Positions 39,912 to 51,106 of a stretch of 64,000 bases of DNA are shown here, piece by piece. Source of the stretch: Oculatellaceae cyanobacterium bins.114 (lineage in GTDB: Bacteria; Cyanobacteriota; Cyanobacteriia; Elainellales; Elainellaceae). The notes beneath the pieces are model-generated. The model was not told the origin of the DNA. It did not search any database and saw nothing but the letters and a program-made list of their open reading frames with translations. Position 1 is the stretch's first letter. Every line of letters begins with the position of its first letter. The DNA is taken from positions 32,001-96,000 of the forward strand of contig JANRJA010000137.1 of NCBI GenBank assembly GCA_033764315.1. The letters are read 5' to 3'. A program made the position numbers and the translations under genes.

Positions 39912-42677
39912 TCAAAGCCAATTGCCTAAGAGAACATAAGGTGCCCAATAGCGGGGATGTCTGAATTGGTTGTTTGTCAGAAGTTTGATCTGGGCCTGAC
40001 GGACTGCTTCAGCACGAGAGATAGAACCGCTTGTCAACTGTTGATAAAACTCACTCATAAACGCTGCACCCGATTCATCATCTAAGCTCCACAGAGAGGC
40101 AATGGTGCTGCGTGCTCCTGCTCGAACGGCGACTCCGGCTAACCCCAAGGCGGCACGGCGATCGCCCGTGGCGGTTTGGCAAGCACTCAAAACCAGCAGT
40201 TCGATCGCTTCTGCTCGATTGCTGCCAGTGCTGCGGAGCAGGGTGTTCAGTTCGTTGACATTGATGGGTTTATCCCACGCCAAAATAAACGTTTGATCGG
40301 CGTTAGAGCTAAATTGTCCATGAGTAGCAATATGCACAATCGGATAGGGAAAGGCATTAATCGCATTTTGAAACAGGCTCTCTGTAAAGGTCTCGTTAAA
40401 CAAAACCTGAGTCGGCACCTCAGTTTGAATTTGTTCAACCTCGGCTTCAACGTAATTCAACGGTGAAAACCCATACCGCGATTCGCTTAACCCTGCCACT
40501 AAAACCTGCAACTGTTCTTGAGGCAAGGGTCGAGGCGTAAAGAGTTGCAAGCCTGGAGCCAGAGCAATGCCATATTTCTCTACTAAATAGTGTTGCCCAT
40601 CAAACAACGCCGCCATTGGAATGTTCCGCAACGCTCCATCTAGGACAAACACCAGGGTATTGACCTGATTGTCGGCTAAAGAGGTTTCGAGTGGATTAAT
40701 CAACCAGTTATAAACCTGTTGGGCGGTGCTCTGCAAGGTTCGGAAACTGTAAGGAGCCGTTAGTTGTTGCCGCAGAGTATCGAGGGTGCGCTCGACCTGG
40801 GCTTGAGAAACCTCCGTGGTGTAGTGTTGTAAGTCTTGCTGGTGGGGAAGTTTGACAATCACCTCAAGGCGATCGGGCAGAATGATGGGATAGATGATGG
40901 CAGAAGGCAGATTGGCTTGATCGACCACCTGATCCAGCTGGAACCGAGCATCTAAACAGGCTTCTCGGAAGAAATTATCTAACTCTGCGATTTGCAATAG
41001 TTCTAACGTGGCACGCGCTTGGGTTAAATCACCCTGGTTCGACTTTGCGCCATTGTCAGGTTTAAGCAACAAATCCACAAGTTGTCGATAAACGGGTTCA
41101 ACCCCTTCACGGAAGGAAAACTGCACATCTCGATTAATTGCTACAAGGTCGCTGCGCAGGGTTTGCAGGGTGCTGACTGCCTGAGTGTAGGCGACGATCG
41201 CCCCAGAACGGTCGTTTTGTTCTTTGAGCAATCGCCCTAATTGCCACTGCCAGAGATAGGCAATGTCAGAAGCATTGCTGGCTTGTGACAACAACAACGC
41301 CTTTTGAGTTAAATCTTCCGCGATCGCCCATTGTTGAGTCTGCTCATACAAACTGCCCAAACTACCCAGGGCATATGCTTCAGCTCGTTCGTCGTGTAAC
41401 TGACTGGCTTGTTGACTGGCGATCGCCAACTGCTGTCCGGCTTGAGCCATCAACTCCTGATCGGTAGAGCCTGTGCCTTGTGCCAGTTTGATGATACTTT
41501 GAGCGAAATTGATGCGAGCATAAATGGCAGTGCGACTGGGCAATAGCGCGGCTAATCGCTGTTGTGCTTGCGGTAAGAGAGCACGCGCCTCTGACCACTG
41601 TTGACGCTCTATCAACAAACTCAAGCGATTGAGTTGGGTTTGAGTTTGAGTTTCAATAGAAGACGAGGTCAGTGCCTGTTGATAAAACTCTAGGGCACTG
41701 GCGAGATCGACCTGAGCTTCCTCGATGTCACCCTTAACGGCATGATTTGCAGCTTGTGCTCGCGCAGTGTTGCCCAAACTAAGATAGGTTTCAGCGATCG
41801 CCTCTGAGTCCCCCAACTGCTGAGCGACGGTGAGGCTTTGCTGTAACACAGTACGCGACTGCTCTAAATCACCCGATACCCGTAAGGCATCACCCAAACT
41901 GCGGAGTGTTGCTGCTTTGGTCAAAGAATCAGGCTGATTTTGCAGGGATTGCGTCAGCGTTGTCAGAGTGGCGATCGCCCGTCGATATAATCCCAATGCC
42001 TGTAACGCCTGAGCTTGGTTCAACGTACTCTGAGCAACTCCGGTCAGATCACCGACTTGAGTATATTGCTCTGTTGCCCGTTCCCAAGTTGTCAGGGCTT
42101 GTTCTGATTGCCCTTGAGCTAATTGCAAACTCCCTTGAATCTCTAGAACTTGCGCCAACACCAGAGTGCGTTCTGGATTGGGAGGAATAGACTCTAGTTG
42201 ATCGAGACTACTGGCGATCGCTTGGTTTGCCTCTGCCCATGCTCCCAGTTGTTGATAGGCCAGAGTCAGGTTGCTCAGGGCGATCGCTTGTCGCAAGGTA
42301 TCTCCCTGGTGTTCATAGCCTGTAACCGCCTGCTGTAAAGCGGTGATGGCTTGCTGAAACTGACCTGACTCAAATAATTGGCGTCCTTGTGCCTCTAGAT
42401 CGGCGGGCGATCGGGGGGCTTGCGCCACCTCAGATGTTGTCCTCTCTGTTGGTATCGTTGCCACAACAGGCGACACCGCTATGCAAAGCAAAACAGAGAT
42501 CAGAAAAGTTAGCAGATAGAGGAGGAAAGAACGCCAGGGAAGAAAAACAGTAAGCCAAGGGAAAAGAGCCGCAAGAGGACGGAAAAATAAAGATGAAACC
42601 CTATCCCTGATGCTCTGGCGGTGAGACAGATGTGAGGCGAACCCAGGAACACGGGTCTTGTTTTTCTGGCGTTTCAT
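39912..42677 (-). CDS. TPR-repeat CHAT (caspase HetF-associated) domain protein
   Basis: N-terminal TM/signal, TPRs, VHIATHGQF and LVLSACQTA dyad, HPRYWAPY. Confidence 0.93.
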   Translation of the reverse strand: MKRQKNKTRVPGFASHLSHRQSIRDRVSSLFFRPLAALFPWLTVFLPWRSFLLYLLTFLISVLLCIAVSPVVATIPTERTTSEVAQAPRSPADLEAQGRQLFESGQFQQAITALQQAVTGYEHQGDTLRQAIALSNLTLAYQQLGAWAEANQAIASSLDQLESIPPNPERTLVLAQVLEIQGSLQLAQGQSEQALTTWERATEQYTQVGDLTGVAQSTLNQAQALQALGLYRRAIATLTTLTQSLQNQPDSLTKAATLRSLGDALRVSGDLEQSRTVLQQSLTVAQQLGDSEAIAETYLSLGNTARAQAANHAVKGDIEEAQVDLASALEFYQQALTSSSIETQTQTQLNRLSLLIERQQWSEARALLPQAQQRLAALLPSRTAIYARINFAQSIIKLAQGTGSTDQELMAQAGQQLAIASQQASQLHDERAEAYALGSLGSLYEQTQQWAIAEDLTQKALLLSQASNASDIAYLWQWQLGRLLKEQNDRSGAIVAYTQAVSTLQTLRSDLVAINRDVQFSFREGVEPVYRQLVDLLLKPDNGAKSNQGDLTQARATLELLQIAELDNFFREACLDARFQLDQVVDQANLPSAIIYPIILPDRLEVIVKLPHQQDLQHYTTEVSQAQVERTLDTLRQQLTAPYSFRTLQSTAQQVYNWLINPLETSLADNQVNTLVFVLDGALRNIPMAALFDGQHYLVEKYGIALAPGLQLFTPRPLPQEQLQVLVAGLSESRYGFSPLNYVEAEVEQIQTEVPTQVLFNETFTESLFQNAINAFPYPIVHIATHGQFSSNADQTFILAWDKPINVNELNTLLRSTGSNRAEAIELLVLSACQTATGDRRAALGLAGVAVRAGARSTIASLWSLDDESGAAFMSEFYQQLTSGSISRAEAVRQAQIKLLTNNQFRHPRYWAPYVLLGNWL

Positions 42678-42787
42678 TATGTTTCCTTCCTTGCAGCCTT
42701 CAGCGGTTAGCCTTCAGCCTCTAACATTTCCATGCTTTATCCTTCAACCCCTCACCCTTGATTTCCTCTGTATTCTTTGTTTCTGTT

Positions 42788-44551
42788 CTAAAACGGGGAA
42801 TAGGAAATCGAGAAATAAATCCCGTCTTCTTGCCAGGTGCGCCCACTAGAGTCTAAATCGACCAGGGGAATGCCCCAATCGAGACGAGCAGTGAGATTGT
42901 CGCCCTGTCGCCATAACAAGCCAACCCCTACCCCCAAGAGCGTATCAGTGGTTGGGTCATCACTGGAATTATTCCAGGCAGTGCCTGCATCGACAAAAGG
43001 AACCACCTGCAAGATGCCCTGCCATTCCGGAACCCGCAAGATGGGGATGCGTAGCTCGGCGGATGCCAAAATTCCACTGTCTGTGAGGAGTGCATCTTGC
43101 CGGTAACCCCGGACGCTCTCTTGCCCCCCTAAACCAAACTGCTCTAGCGGAACGAGGCTATCGCCGCTAAGCTGCACATCTGCTCGCACCAACAACAGCG
43201 TTTCGGGAGCCAACAGGCGAACCCACTGTCCTTGCCCACGCCATGCCAAAAAACGGCTATCAGGGGCACCTTCATTCACAGTTGAATCTAGCAGATCCAG
43301 ACCGAGGCTGAATTGCGATCGCGCCGCTAACACTTGACGACTACTGCGCTTTGTCCATTCTTGAAAGAACCGCAGGGCAGTAATGCGAGTACGTCCTTCC
43401 TCATCTGCTCCGGGTGACAAGGGAAAGGGACCAATGTCATCGATGCCTAATTCGGTTTGGCTCTCTTGTCGAGATGCCGTCAGACCGATCGCAAATTCTT
43501 CGGTGGGAGACTGCGCCAGAGGTTGCCGTAGGGTGAGTTCTAAATAGCGAGAGTCGGCTTGAATGTCTAATGTGTCAAAGGGTGGCTCGATGACCTCACT
43601 AGACGTTGTGCCCGCACTAATTCGCAAGGTGCCATTGCGGGGGTTAATGGGGTAGGTATAACTGGCATCTAGACCGTTGCTGCCATCGGTGTTGGTGTAG
43701 CCTACACTCAACCCATCTCCCTGTCCCAACAAGTTAGCTTGAGTAAACTGCACCTGTCGCCGGAAGGTGCCCACACTGGGCGATCGCCCATTATCCGCTG
43801 AGATCTCTGCACTGACTGTGTCTGCCTCAGTGACTCGCACTTGCAAGACGCTCGTGCCAGGACGTGCCCCCGCTTCTAGATCGGCAGACAAATTTTGGAT
43901 CAGTGGATCGAGTTGCAGGAGTTGTAATCCTTCGAGCAATCGATTGACGTTAAGGGGTTGTGCTGCTGCAATGGCTAGGCGATCGCGCACATAATCGGGG
44001 TCGAGGCGACGGTTTCCGGTGATATTAATTTCTTCAACCCTGCCTTCAATCACCTGAATCGTTACCACTCCACCACTTAGCGTTTGAGGAGGAATAAAAG
44101 CACCAGAGGTGACATAGCCGCGACTGGTATAAAACTGCGTCACAGCGGATCGCGCCTGGAGCAATTGGGCAAAGGACACCTGCCCGACATAATCCCGCGT
44201 GACGGCTTCAAGTTCGGCTGGAGTAAAAACGGTGCTGCCTTCTACGACATAGCCTGTCACGTTAATGACAGCAGGGACTTCACCGGGCAAAGGCTCTGAG
44301 GTGTCTGGGGGTTGAGCCGGAGTGGGCAACAACTCCTCAGGTGGCGGCAAAACTGGCAACGGTTGTACTTCAGGAGGTCGGTCTAACGAGGGTGGCTGGG
44401 TATCGCGGAGAATATCTGAGCCAGGAGACGTCTGAGCACGAACCGGATTAGAGGTGAAACAAGTCACAGCTGTGAGGGTCAGCAATGACGAGATCAAACA
44501 AGAGGGGGCACTTTTTTTGAAACTCATCACACGAGGCAATTGGTGAAACAA
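42788..44551 (-). CDS. ShlB/FhaC/HecB (TpsB) outer-membrane transporter
   Basis: POTRA motif YTSRGYVTSGA, LGGQESVRGY, C-terminal Phe; start uncertain. Confidence 0.92.
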   Translation of the reverse strand: MFHQLPRVMSFKKSAPSCLISSLLTLTAVTCFTSNPVRAQTSPGSDILRDTQPPSLDRPPEVQPLPVLPPPEELLPTPAQPPDTSEPLPGEVPAVINVTGYVVEGSTVFTPAELEAVTRDYVGQVSFAQLLQARSAVTQFYTSRGYVTSGAFIPPQTLSGGVVTIQVIEGRVEEINITGNRRLDPDYVRDRLAIAAAQPLNVNRLLEGLQLLQLDPLIQNLSADLEAGARPGTSVLQVRVTEADTVSAEISADNGRSPSVGTFRRQVQFTQANLLGQGDGLSVGYTNTDGSNGLDASYTYPINPRNGTLRISAGTTSSEVIEPPFDTLDIQADSRYLELTLRQPLAQSPTEEFAIGLTASRQESQTELGIDDIGPFPLSPGADEEGRTRITALRFFQEWTKRSSRQVLAARSQFSLGLDLLDSTVNEGAPDSRFLAWRGQGQWVRLLAPETLLLVRADVQLSGDSLVPLEQFGLGGQESVRGYRQDALLTDSGILASAELRIPILRVPEWQGILQVVPFVDAGTAWNNSSDDPTTDTLLGVGVGLLWRQGDNLTARLDWGIPLVDLDSSGRTWQEDGIYFSISYSPF

Positions 44552-45031
44552 AACGCGTTGCGGTTAAACCGCCTTACAGGATCTAGCAGATAGCGAGATG
44601 ATGCTCCGAGAGTTTACGCAAAAAGTAACACAATTTTCCAAGAAAATTTGAAATGATGCGATAGGATTTTTATTTTCTATAAAGAGTAATACCGATTTAA
44701 ACGGATTTTGGGGCAGATCAAAGTTTAGGAGGGGGCTTGGCACTGCCAAGTCCGTACCAGGATCTGTCGTGTTTTCAATTCAAATTGGTATAAAGTCGTT
44801 GAAGATAGTTTCTGAGGGCAGTTCTTGTGAAAATCGCTGTAGACAGCAATGCACTGCACTGCGGTTAAACCTGATGAGAGAGGGGATTGCTATATCTATG
44901 GAAATAATCTGGGAATAACGCGATATGCAATTTAGGGGTTTAGATCCCTGTCTCGTTGGAGCTGACTCAAAGGTGCCTCGTTACATCCCTAGAAACCGGG
45001 AATCTGGAGTCATAATCTGTGAAAACAGGAT

Positions 45032-47566
45032 TCAGGGCAGAGTAGAGGGTTCTGGGGCGGGGCTAGGGGTCAGTTTAGGATAGGCAATGCGCTGATGGTT
45101 AAACTGTTGCCAAACCCGCACAAAGATTTGGGCGATGCGGGTCAGTTCTGCGCGGGTCAACCCAGAGTTAACCAGTTGATTATCTTGCCAGCGTGCTCGC
45201 ATGATACGGTTAACCATTGCTAAAGCTTCTTCAGGCGTCGTATCTTTGAGCGATCGCAAGGCGGCTTCACAAGAGTCTGCCAACATCACAATTCCCGTTT
45301 CACGCGATTGCGGAATGGGGCCGTCATACCGAAAATCAAGCTCTTGCACCGTTAAATCAGGATTCTGTTTGGCTCGTTGTTGGGCCTCGTGGTAGAAGTA
45401 GGCGATTAACATGGTGCCCTGGTGTTCTGGAATAAAGGCTTGAATGGCTCCGGGGAGGCGATATTTTTTCGCCATCACTAAGCCTTCACTGACATGCTTT
45501 TTGATAATGCCACAGCTCTTCCAGGGGTTATTGATGGCGTCATGTTTATTGGGCTTGCCCATCTGATTTTCGATAAACCCCATTGCATCATGCATTTTGC
45601 CAATGTCATGATAAAGCGTTCCGGCTCTCACGAGTTCTACGTTACAACCCAGGGCACGGGCTGCTGCCTCTGCCAGACTGGCGACAAATAGTGTGTGCTG
45701 AAAGGTGCCGGGTGCTTCAGAGGCGAGTCGCTTGAGTAAGGGACGATTGGGGTTTGATAACTCTGCCAACCGAATGGGAGTAATCAAATCAAACAGATTT
45801 TCGAGGTAAGGGCTGAGTCCCAATGCGATAATGCTGCAAGCAACTCCCATCAACCCCTGAATTGCTGATGCTGTGAGCACGGCATACCACACGGGGCTGG
45901 GAGCAAGGCTAAAAATGAGACTAATGATGAGATAGATAATCCCCTGGGTCATCCCCACTGCGCCGCCTAACATGGCTAGTTCTTCGCGCGATCGCAACCG
46001 CCCTGCCATCGCTGCTCCGAGCAATCCAGCGATCGCACTGGCGATCAACTGGCTCCCTCCGATCTCCATTCCAATCGGCAGCGCAATCCCCAGCAGTGCA
46101 ACAACACTAAAGCCCAGCACAGAGCCATAAAAACTGCCGACTAATAAACCAATCAAGGGCAGACTGGTGGTAGGAATCTCAAGTGCCACAATCAATGGAG
46201 CCGTTAAGACTAGCAACCAGATCAGTCCATAATCGCGCCGCCGCAGCCCTGAATGAAACCGTCGTTCGATCGCGACAAAAACCAGGACTCCTCCTGCTAC
46301 AAAGGTTCCAAATCCAATCAACCCCAGCCAGTTGATTCCCCGACGACTCATGTTGAAGTGATCGAGCAACACAAAATTGGCTTGGGTGATCATTTTGCCT
46401 TGCTCAACAATGATCTCACCCCGCCGAATTTCGACAATTTCTGGCTTGACTTCCTGTGCGGCTTGCTCGGCTCTAATGCGCGTTTTCTCGACATCAGCAA
46501 TCAGGTTTGGCTGCACTACAGCTCTCAAAACCTGGTTAGCCAACGCCGAACCAGCAGCGGGGGCCGTATCGGCTAATTGCACTCGAATCGCATTTTGTAA
46601 TAACTCGTCGGGCACCCCAGGGGCAATGCCCTGCCACAAAATGCGCTCCAATCCCTGGCGAATAGCAGCTTCAGTTTCACTCCACTCGATATCCGTCAGA
46701 TTTAACAAGCTGGCGTCATAGAAATTACTGGAGGATTCAGTAGAGGCTAATTTTGTCAAAGCCGCTGCATAGCGTTGACGAACTCGCGAAATCACTTGTT
46801 TTAACGCCACAAAATCTTCGGGAGGGTTGGTACGGCGATAGTTTTGTAGTTCGACGATCGCCACCTGCCGAGATGAATTCACAGCCCCACCTGACGACCT
46901 CCCATCGTTTACTTGAGACAACCGAGCACTCGCAGTACTTTGAGCAGCCGCGATCGCACTTTGCCACTCCGGTTCAGGGGCTTGCCGCAAATAGATCTGC
47001 GTTGAAGTCGATAAAATTGATGTTTCGACAAAGGGAAACTGCCCTGCTTGGGTTCGCAGGTCTTTTCCTTCGTCTAACAGGCGTTGTAAGTTGCCATAAA
47101 TCTCCTGGTTTGCCGTCTCATCAACCATTAAGACTGGCGCAGACCCAATTCGAGCTTCTTGTTGATTTGCTTTGGTCGTCTCAACATCTTCGACTCTGGC
47201 GGTCTCAGGTGCTCGTAACGTTTGTGGGGCGATCGTGCTGACTGCTAACTGAGGCTCATTATAAAATCGATAACCGATCGCACTGGTCAAAGAAACGATC
47301 GTCAACACCACAATGACCGGACGAGGGGGAGGGGGTGGAGCAGACTGTTTACGTCGATGCAACTTTTGCGACAAAACTGCTCTAGCCAATTGATTGGGCT
47401 TGACCCCTAACAGCGATGGCAACGGCTGAGAATGAGAGTTACTGTAACGTTTGACATGCGTTACAGCCGATTGCAGGATGTGGTGGAGTTGTTTTTGCGA
47501 AGCAGAAAGCAGATTGGTTGGCCTCCACTGGCTCATCTGCTGTGTCAACACTCGGAAAGATTTCAT
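45032..47566 (-). CDS. 7TM-HD(IG) phosphohydrolase, PgpH-like c-di-AMP phosphodiesterase
   Basis: Extracellular domain, 7 TMs, APGTFQH, YHDIGK, EHQGT, MLADSCEAA. Confidence 0.88.
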   Translation of the reverse strand: MKSFRVLTQQMSQWRPTNLLSASQKQLHHILQSAVTHVKRYSNSHSQPLPSLLGVKPNQLARAVLSQKLHRRKQSAPPPPPRPVIVVLTIVSLTSAIGYRFYNEPQLAVSTIAPQTLRAPETARVEDVETTKANQQEARIGSAPVLMVDETANQEIYGNLQRLLDEGKDLRTQAGQFPFVETSILSTSTQIYLRQAPEPEWQSAIAAAQSTASARLSQVNDGRSSGGAVNSSRQVAIVELQNYRRTNPPEDFVALKQVISRVRQRYAAALTKLASTESSSNFYDASLLNLTDIEWSETEAAIRQGLERILWQGIAPGVPDELLQNAIRVQLADTAPAAGSALANQVLRAVVQPNLIADVEKTRIRAEQAAQEVKPEIVEIRRGEIIVEQGKMITQANFVLLDHFNMSRRGINWLGLIGFGTFVAGGVLVFVAIERRFHSGLRRRDYGLIWLLVLTAPLIVALEIPTTSLPLIGLLVGSFYGSVLGFSVVALLGIALPIGMEIGGSQLIASAIAGLLGAAMAGRLRSREELAMLGGAVGMTQGIIYLIISLIFSLAPSPVWYAVLTASAIQGLMGVACSIIALGLSPYLENLFDLITPIRLAELSNPNRPLLKRLASEAPGTFQHTLFVASLAEAAARALGCNVELVRAGTLYHDIGKMHDAMGFIENQMGKPNKHDAINNPWKSCGIIKKHVSEGLVMAKKYRLPGAIQAFIPEHQGTMLIAYFYHEAQQRAKQNPDLTVQELDFRYDGPIPQSRETGIVMLADSCEAALRSLKDTTPEEALAMVNRIMRARWQDNQLVNSGLTRAELTRIAQIFVRVWQQFNHQRIAYPKLTPSPAPEPSTLP

Positions 47567-47842
47567 TAATTCACCAAGGGCGACAGTCGTGTTGGCAAGG
47601 AATCAATCACAAACCTCTAACACCACTCAAGACCAGTTTTAAAGCCCCCTATGCGGAGTGCTTCTAAAAACTCAAGCAAATTTTTAGATCGGCTCTCAGG
47701 GAATAGCTGCACCAAAGCTGAAACAACCAAAGCGCAAACCTGTATTTAAGGACAACCTACCGTTAAAACACCACAAGCAACAGTCAGTGAGCACTCGTGA
47801 TCAATAGTATATCTAAGCCAAGTAGCAAGGATGTGCTAGAAC

Positions 47843-48907
47843 CTACCGAGGACGGATTACATCAGGGGCAGCGATGACTCTATAAGGAGAACTGTTTCGT
47901 GTTACCCCAGCAGATCCAGGAAATTCAGTAGAAGCTTGATCAATCCCTCCCCAGACAGCCAGCAGTTGATCAGCGAGTTGCACTAACATGGCCTCAGATT
48001 TGACATCCCACAATGCCATTAACGCTGAAGACTGCGCTGGGTGCCGATGCAGAGCACTGCGCCACTGGAGTGGTAAGCCCGCCATGCCGTTAAACGCTCC
48101 TGCAAATGCCCCCACCAAAGCACAAACCCATTGAGGATGATAGGGCAATCGAGCCGCTTGTAAAACCGATAACCGAAAGTCATCTGGAGTGTTGAGCACA
48201 CAACCCAGGGCGATCGCCACTCCTGTCATGGCCGAACCTGGTTTATCGGGGTGCCCTAAAGTACGCAAGATGGAGAGCAACCCTCTTCCTTGCGCCACTA
48301 AATCAGTAACTTGAGTGAGGATTTTGACCCATTCCAAACGGTGTTGTGATAACTCCAGATCATCGATCAAATCAGCCACCAGGCTGGTGTGTAAATTTGC
48401 TTGATGACGCAGTGCCAGGGCGATCGCGTAGGCTGAGATCAAAGCCGCTAGCTGCACCTCATCATTGTCAGGGGTTGGATGCCAAACGGCGATCGCCTGT
48501 TGCACCTGATAGCGCAGTTGGGGCAAATCATCGTGAAAGTAAAGGGCGATCGGCAATGTCACAATGAGACTTGCTGGAGGGCTATGTTGGGCGATCGACT
48601 GATCCCAGAGATTACAAGACTTCTCAGGTGGGGCTGTCCCATTGAGAGTGGGCACCGCTTTCAACTGGCTTGTTGCCACATCCCACCGTTGGTGTTTGAT
48701 CAATTGCTGTAAGCCACTCACAATCGTGCGTCCATAGCTCCATGAAGGCATGATCTCTAGGGGATGCAACCCCCACTGCTCTAACCGTTGCCAACTCAGA
48801 GATGATGACTTTGGGTGCCGATGCGCTTGACATTGAAAGCCCAACACTTCACCCAGGGCAGCCCCCAACAGGGCACCTCGAAATCGGCTTTGAAGGGAAT
48901 AGTGCAT
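47843..48907 (-). CDS. ADP-ribosylglycohydrolase-family protein with degenerate active site
   Basis: SRFRGALLGAALGEVLG N-terminus and C-terminal GAFAGAFNG..GLP..W. Confidence 0.7.
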   Translation of the reverse strand: MHYSLQSRFRGALLGAALGEVLGFQCQAHRHPKSSSLSWQRLEQWGLHPLEIMPSWSYGRTIVSGLQQLIKHQRWDVATSQLKAVPTLNGTAPPEKSCNLWDQSIAQHSPPASLIVTLPIALYFHDDLPQLRYQVQQAIAVWHPTPDNDEVQLAALISAYAIALALRHQANLHTSLVADLIDDLELSQHRLEWVKILTQVTDLVAQGRGLLSILRTLGHPDKPGSAMTGVAIALGCVLNTPDDFRLSVLQAARLPYHPQWVCALVGAFAGAFNGMAGLPLQWRSALHRHPAQSSALMALWDVKSEAMLVQLADQLLAVWGGIDQASTEFPGSAGVTRNSSPYRVIAAPDVIRPR

Positions 48908-48991
48908 CTAAATTAGACCGGATTGCAGATTTAAGATAAACTCGGAACGATTTTACTTGTTGTAGCTCACATTGGCGGAGAATGCAGGGCA

Positions 48992-49759
48992 ATGAATTGC
49001 AATCAGCTTGGCATTAAATTTGTCCTTCTCTTAGATCGTTGGGTGCAGCCAATTCAACTTCGGTCTGTGGCTCTTAGCGTCATTGCTCTCAGTCTAATAC
49101 CTGTCGTGATGCTGCCACCCCTTGCGCAAGCCCAAACGAACCCTTCATCTCCACCCACTGCGATCGCCCGTCCCACACTCCGCCTTGGCAATCAAGGAGC
49201 TGCTGTCACCGAATTGCAAGCTCTCCTCAAACTACTTGGATTTTATCCGGGAGTCGTGGATGGTAGCTTTCAATCCAGCACCGCTACCGCTGTAATTGCC
49301 TTTCAACAAGCCGCAGGACTGACCGCTGATGGCATCGTTGGAGGCAATACCTGGAATCGTCTCTTGCCATCTGCTGCCACGACCACACCTGCCACAACAC
49401 CCGCTGCTGCAACACCCCCAGTTTCAACAACACCCACCACTCAGGCAACGATTACCACCCCAGCACGACCAACCCCATCCCCGGTACCTCGCCCCACCAC
49501 AACTGCCCCACAAGACACGACTGTTGCTGCAAATCCTGGTTCTGAAGTCGTTAGCCTGCCAACGTTGAGAGTGGGAATGCGGGGACCAGCCGTTGCCCGA
49601 TTGCAACAGCGACTGCGAACCCTCGGCGTGTTTAACGGTGAGATTGACGGAGTCTTTGGCCCAGCCACTCAAACCGCAGTCAAAGCGGCTCAACGTCGCT
49701 ATAACCTGACTCCTGATGGCATCGTTGGAAATGCGACTTGGGCTGTTTTGCTACGTTAA
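48992..49759 (+). CDS. secreted protein with two peptidoglycan-binding (PG_binding_1) domains
   Basis: LRLG..GAAV..LQ..L, DG.FG..T..AV..Q..GL..DGIVG..TW x2, with a Pro/Thr linker. Confidence 0.88.
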   Translation: MNCNQLGIKFVLLLDRWVQPIQLRSVALSVIALSLIPVVMLPPLAQAQTNPSSPPTAIARPTLRLGNQGAAVTELQALLKLLGFYPGVVDGSFQSSTATAVIAFQQAAGLTADGIVGGNTWNRLLPSAATTTPATTPAAATPPVSTTPTTQATITTPARPTPSPVPRPTTTAPQDTTVAANPGSEVVSLPTLRVGMRGPAVARLQQRLRTLGVFNGEIDGVFGPATQTAVKAAQRRYNLTPDGIVGNATWAVLLR

Positions 49760-50309
49760 GTAAAAGTCATTAAGAGAACCTCATTAAACTCAATTCAGCA
49801 TTGGGGTTAAGCGCGGTTAAAACCCTCTGCCAGATGAATTGGAGCGTTGAGCAAGCGAGTCGAATGGAGTCGAAACGCATCTCACGGTTCCTGACAGTTC
49901 TACCCTAAGAGCGGCACCGAAGCCTCCCTCTAGATAGACCATTTCAAACAAGGGAAATGGTTACTCTAAATCTAATAACCCATTGGATAATTGCAGCTTG
50001 TTGAAAGTTTAGTAATTCATTCCAAACTAGTCGGTTTTGTTGTCATTAAGACTAGTCAATTTCAAGCTAACGCTTAGGGGCAACAGTCATATCTCAGTCT
50101 GCAATGCGATTTCATATAGCAACTCCTGAGACCGTTGACATAAGGGCTGTGGGGTCGGAGCCTCTGCATCTTGTGTTAACCATCTCTTTCAGTTGTTCCA
50201 TAACTGTGAAAGAGCATCGCTGATAGTTTTGTTCCGAGTTTTGGTCAGTGATTCAAGACTTTTTTTGACTCATTTTTTAATTTCCTTTATTGAGTTCTGT
50301 TGGTGAAAA

Positions 50310-51038
50310 ATGACTAACTTACGCGATCGCCGAATCCATCCAGGTCGTCCCAGTAATCATATTGCAGGTGCAGATCGGGTACCTCGTGCTGACCAATATC
50401 AGGTGTATAACAAAAGCCTTGTAAATCAAACTCCAAAGGTTGCGAATGGTCAGCCCGTTGCCCAAACTGATTTGGCTTACAGGGATGGATATGAGCATGG
50501 CAAAGCCCATGAACACTATGTCGAAGCAGATCTGAGAAATCGAGATAACGAGAACGCAGCACGAGGAATGTTGTTTGGCATCGTTTTTGCATCTTTGGCA
50601 AGTGCTGTCATTGCTGCCTTATTTATTGCTAATCACAACCCAACCTCGACTCCGGTTGCCCCGGTCGCAGTGCCTGTTCCCCAATCTCCTAGTCCGCTGC
50701 CCAGTCCTCAAACAAACAATGTTCAGGTTCGTGAACGGGTGATCGAGCGCACTCAAGAGCTTGTCCCGGTTCCTCAACCTCAACCGCCCACTGTCACCAA
50801 TCCGCCATCAGGCACCGTCAATCAAGCTCCTGTGACTCAGCCAGTTCCAGGGCAACCTCAGGGGCAGACTACTCAACCTCAAACACAAACGACTCAATCA
50901 ACTCAAGGAAGTCCATCTCAGGGGGCTGTTCAACCTCAAGGCACACCAGCTCAAGGGAATCAAACTCAGGCAGACACAACTCAAGGGACTGCGTCTTCAA
51001 CAGGCAACCAATACACTTTTACCAATCCAGCTCAATAG
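50310..51038 (+). CDS. hypothetical single-TM protein with Pro/Gln/Thr-rich tail
   Basis: AYRDGY motif, one TM segment, low-complexity C-terminus; followed by a terminator. Confidence 0.75.
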   Translation: MTNLRDRRIHPGRPSNHIAGADRVPRADQYQVYNKSLVNQTPKVANGQPVAQTDLAYRDGYEHGKAHEHYVEADLRNRDNENAARGMLFGIVFASLASAVIAALFIANHNPTSTPVAPVAVPVPQSPSPLPSPQTNNVQVRERVIERTQELVPVPQPQPPTVTNPPSGTVNQAPVTQPVPGQPQGQTTQPQTQTTQSTQGSPSQGAVQPQGTPAQGNQTQADTTQGTASSTGNQYTFTNPAQ

Positions 51039-51080
51039 AGTTTAGAGAGGGATAACTTCCTTAAAATCCATCGATGGGAG

Positions 51081-51106
51081 ATAGGGGACTCACTCCCCTA
51101 TTTTTT
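51081..51106 (+). terminator. intrinsic terminator
   Basis: ATAGGGGA-CTCAC-TCCCCTAT plus T-tract. Confidence 0.75.
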
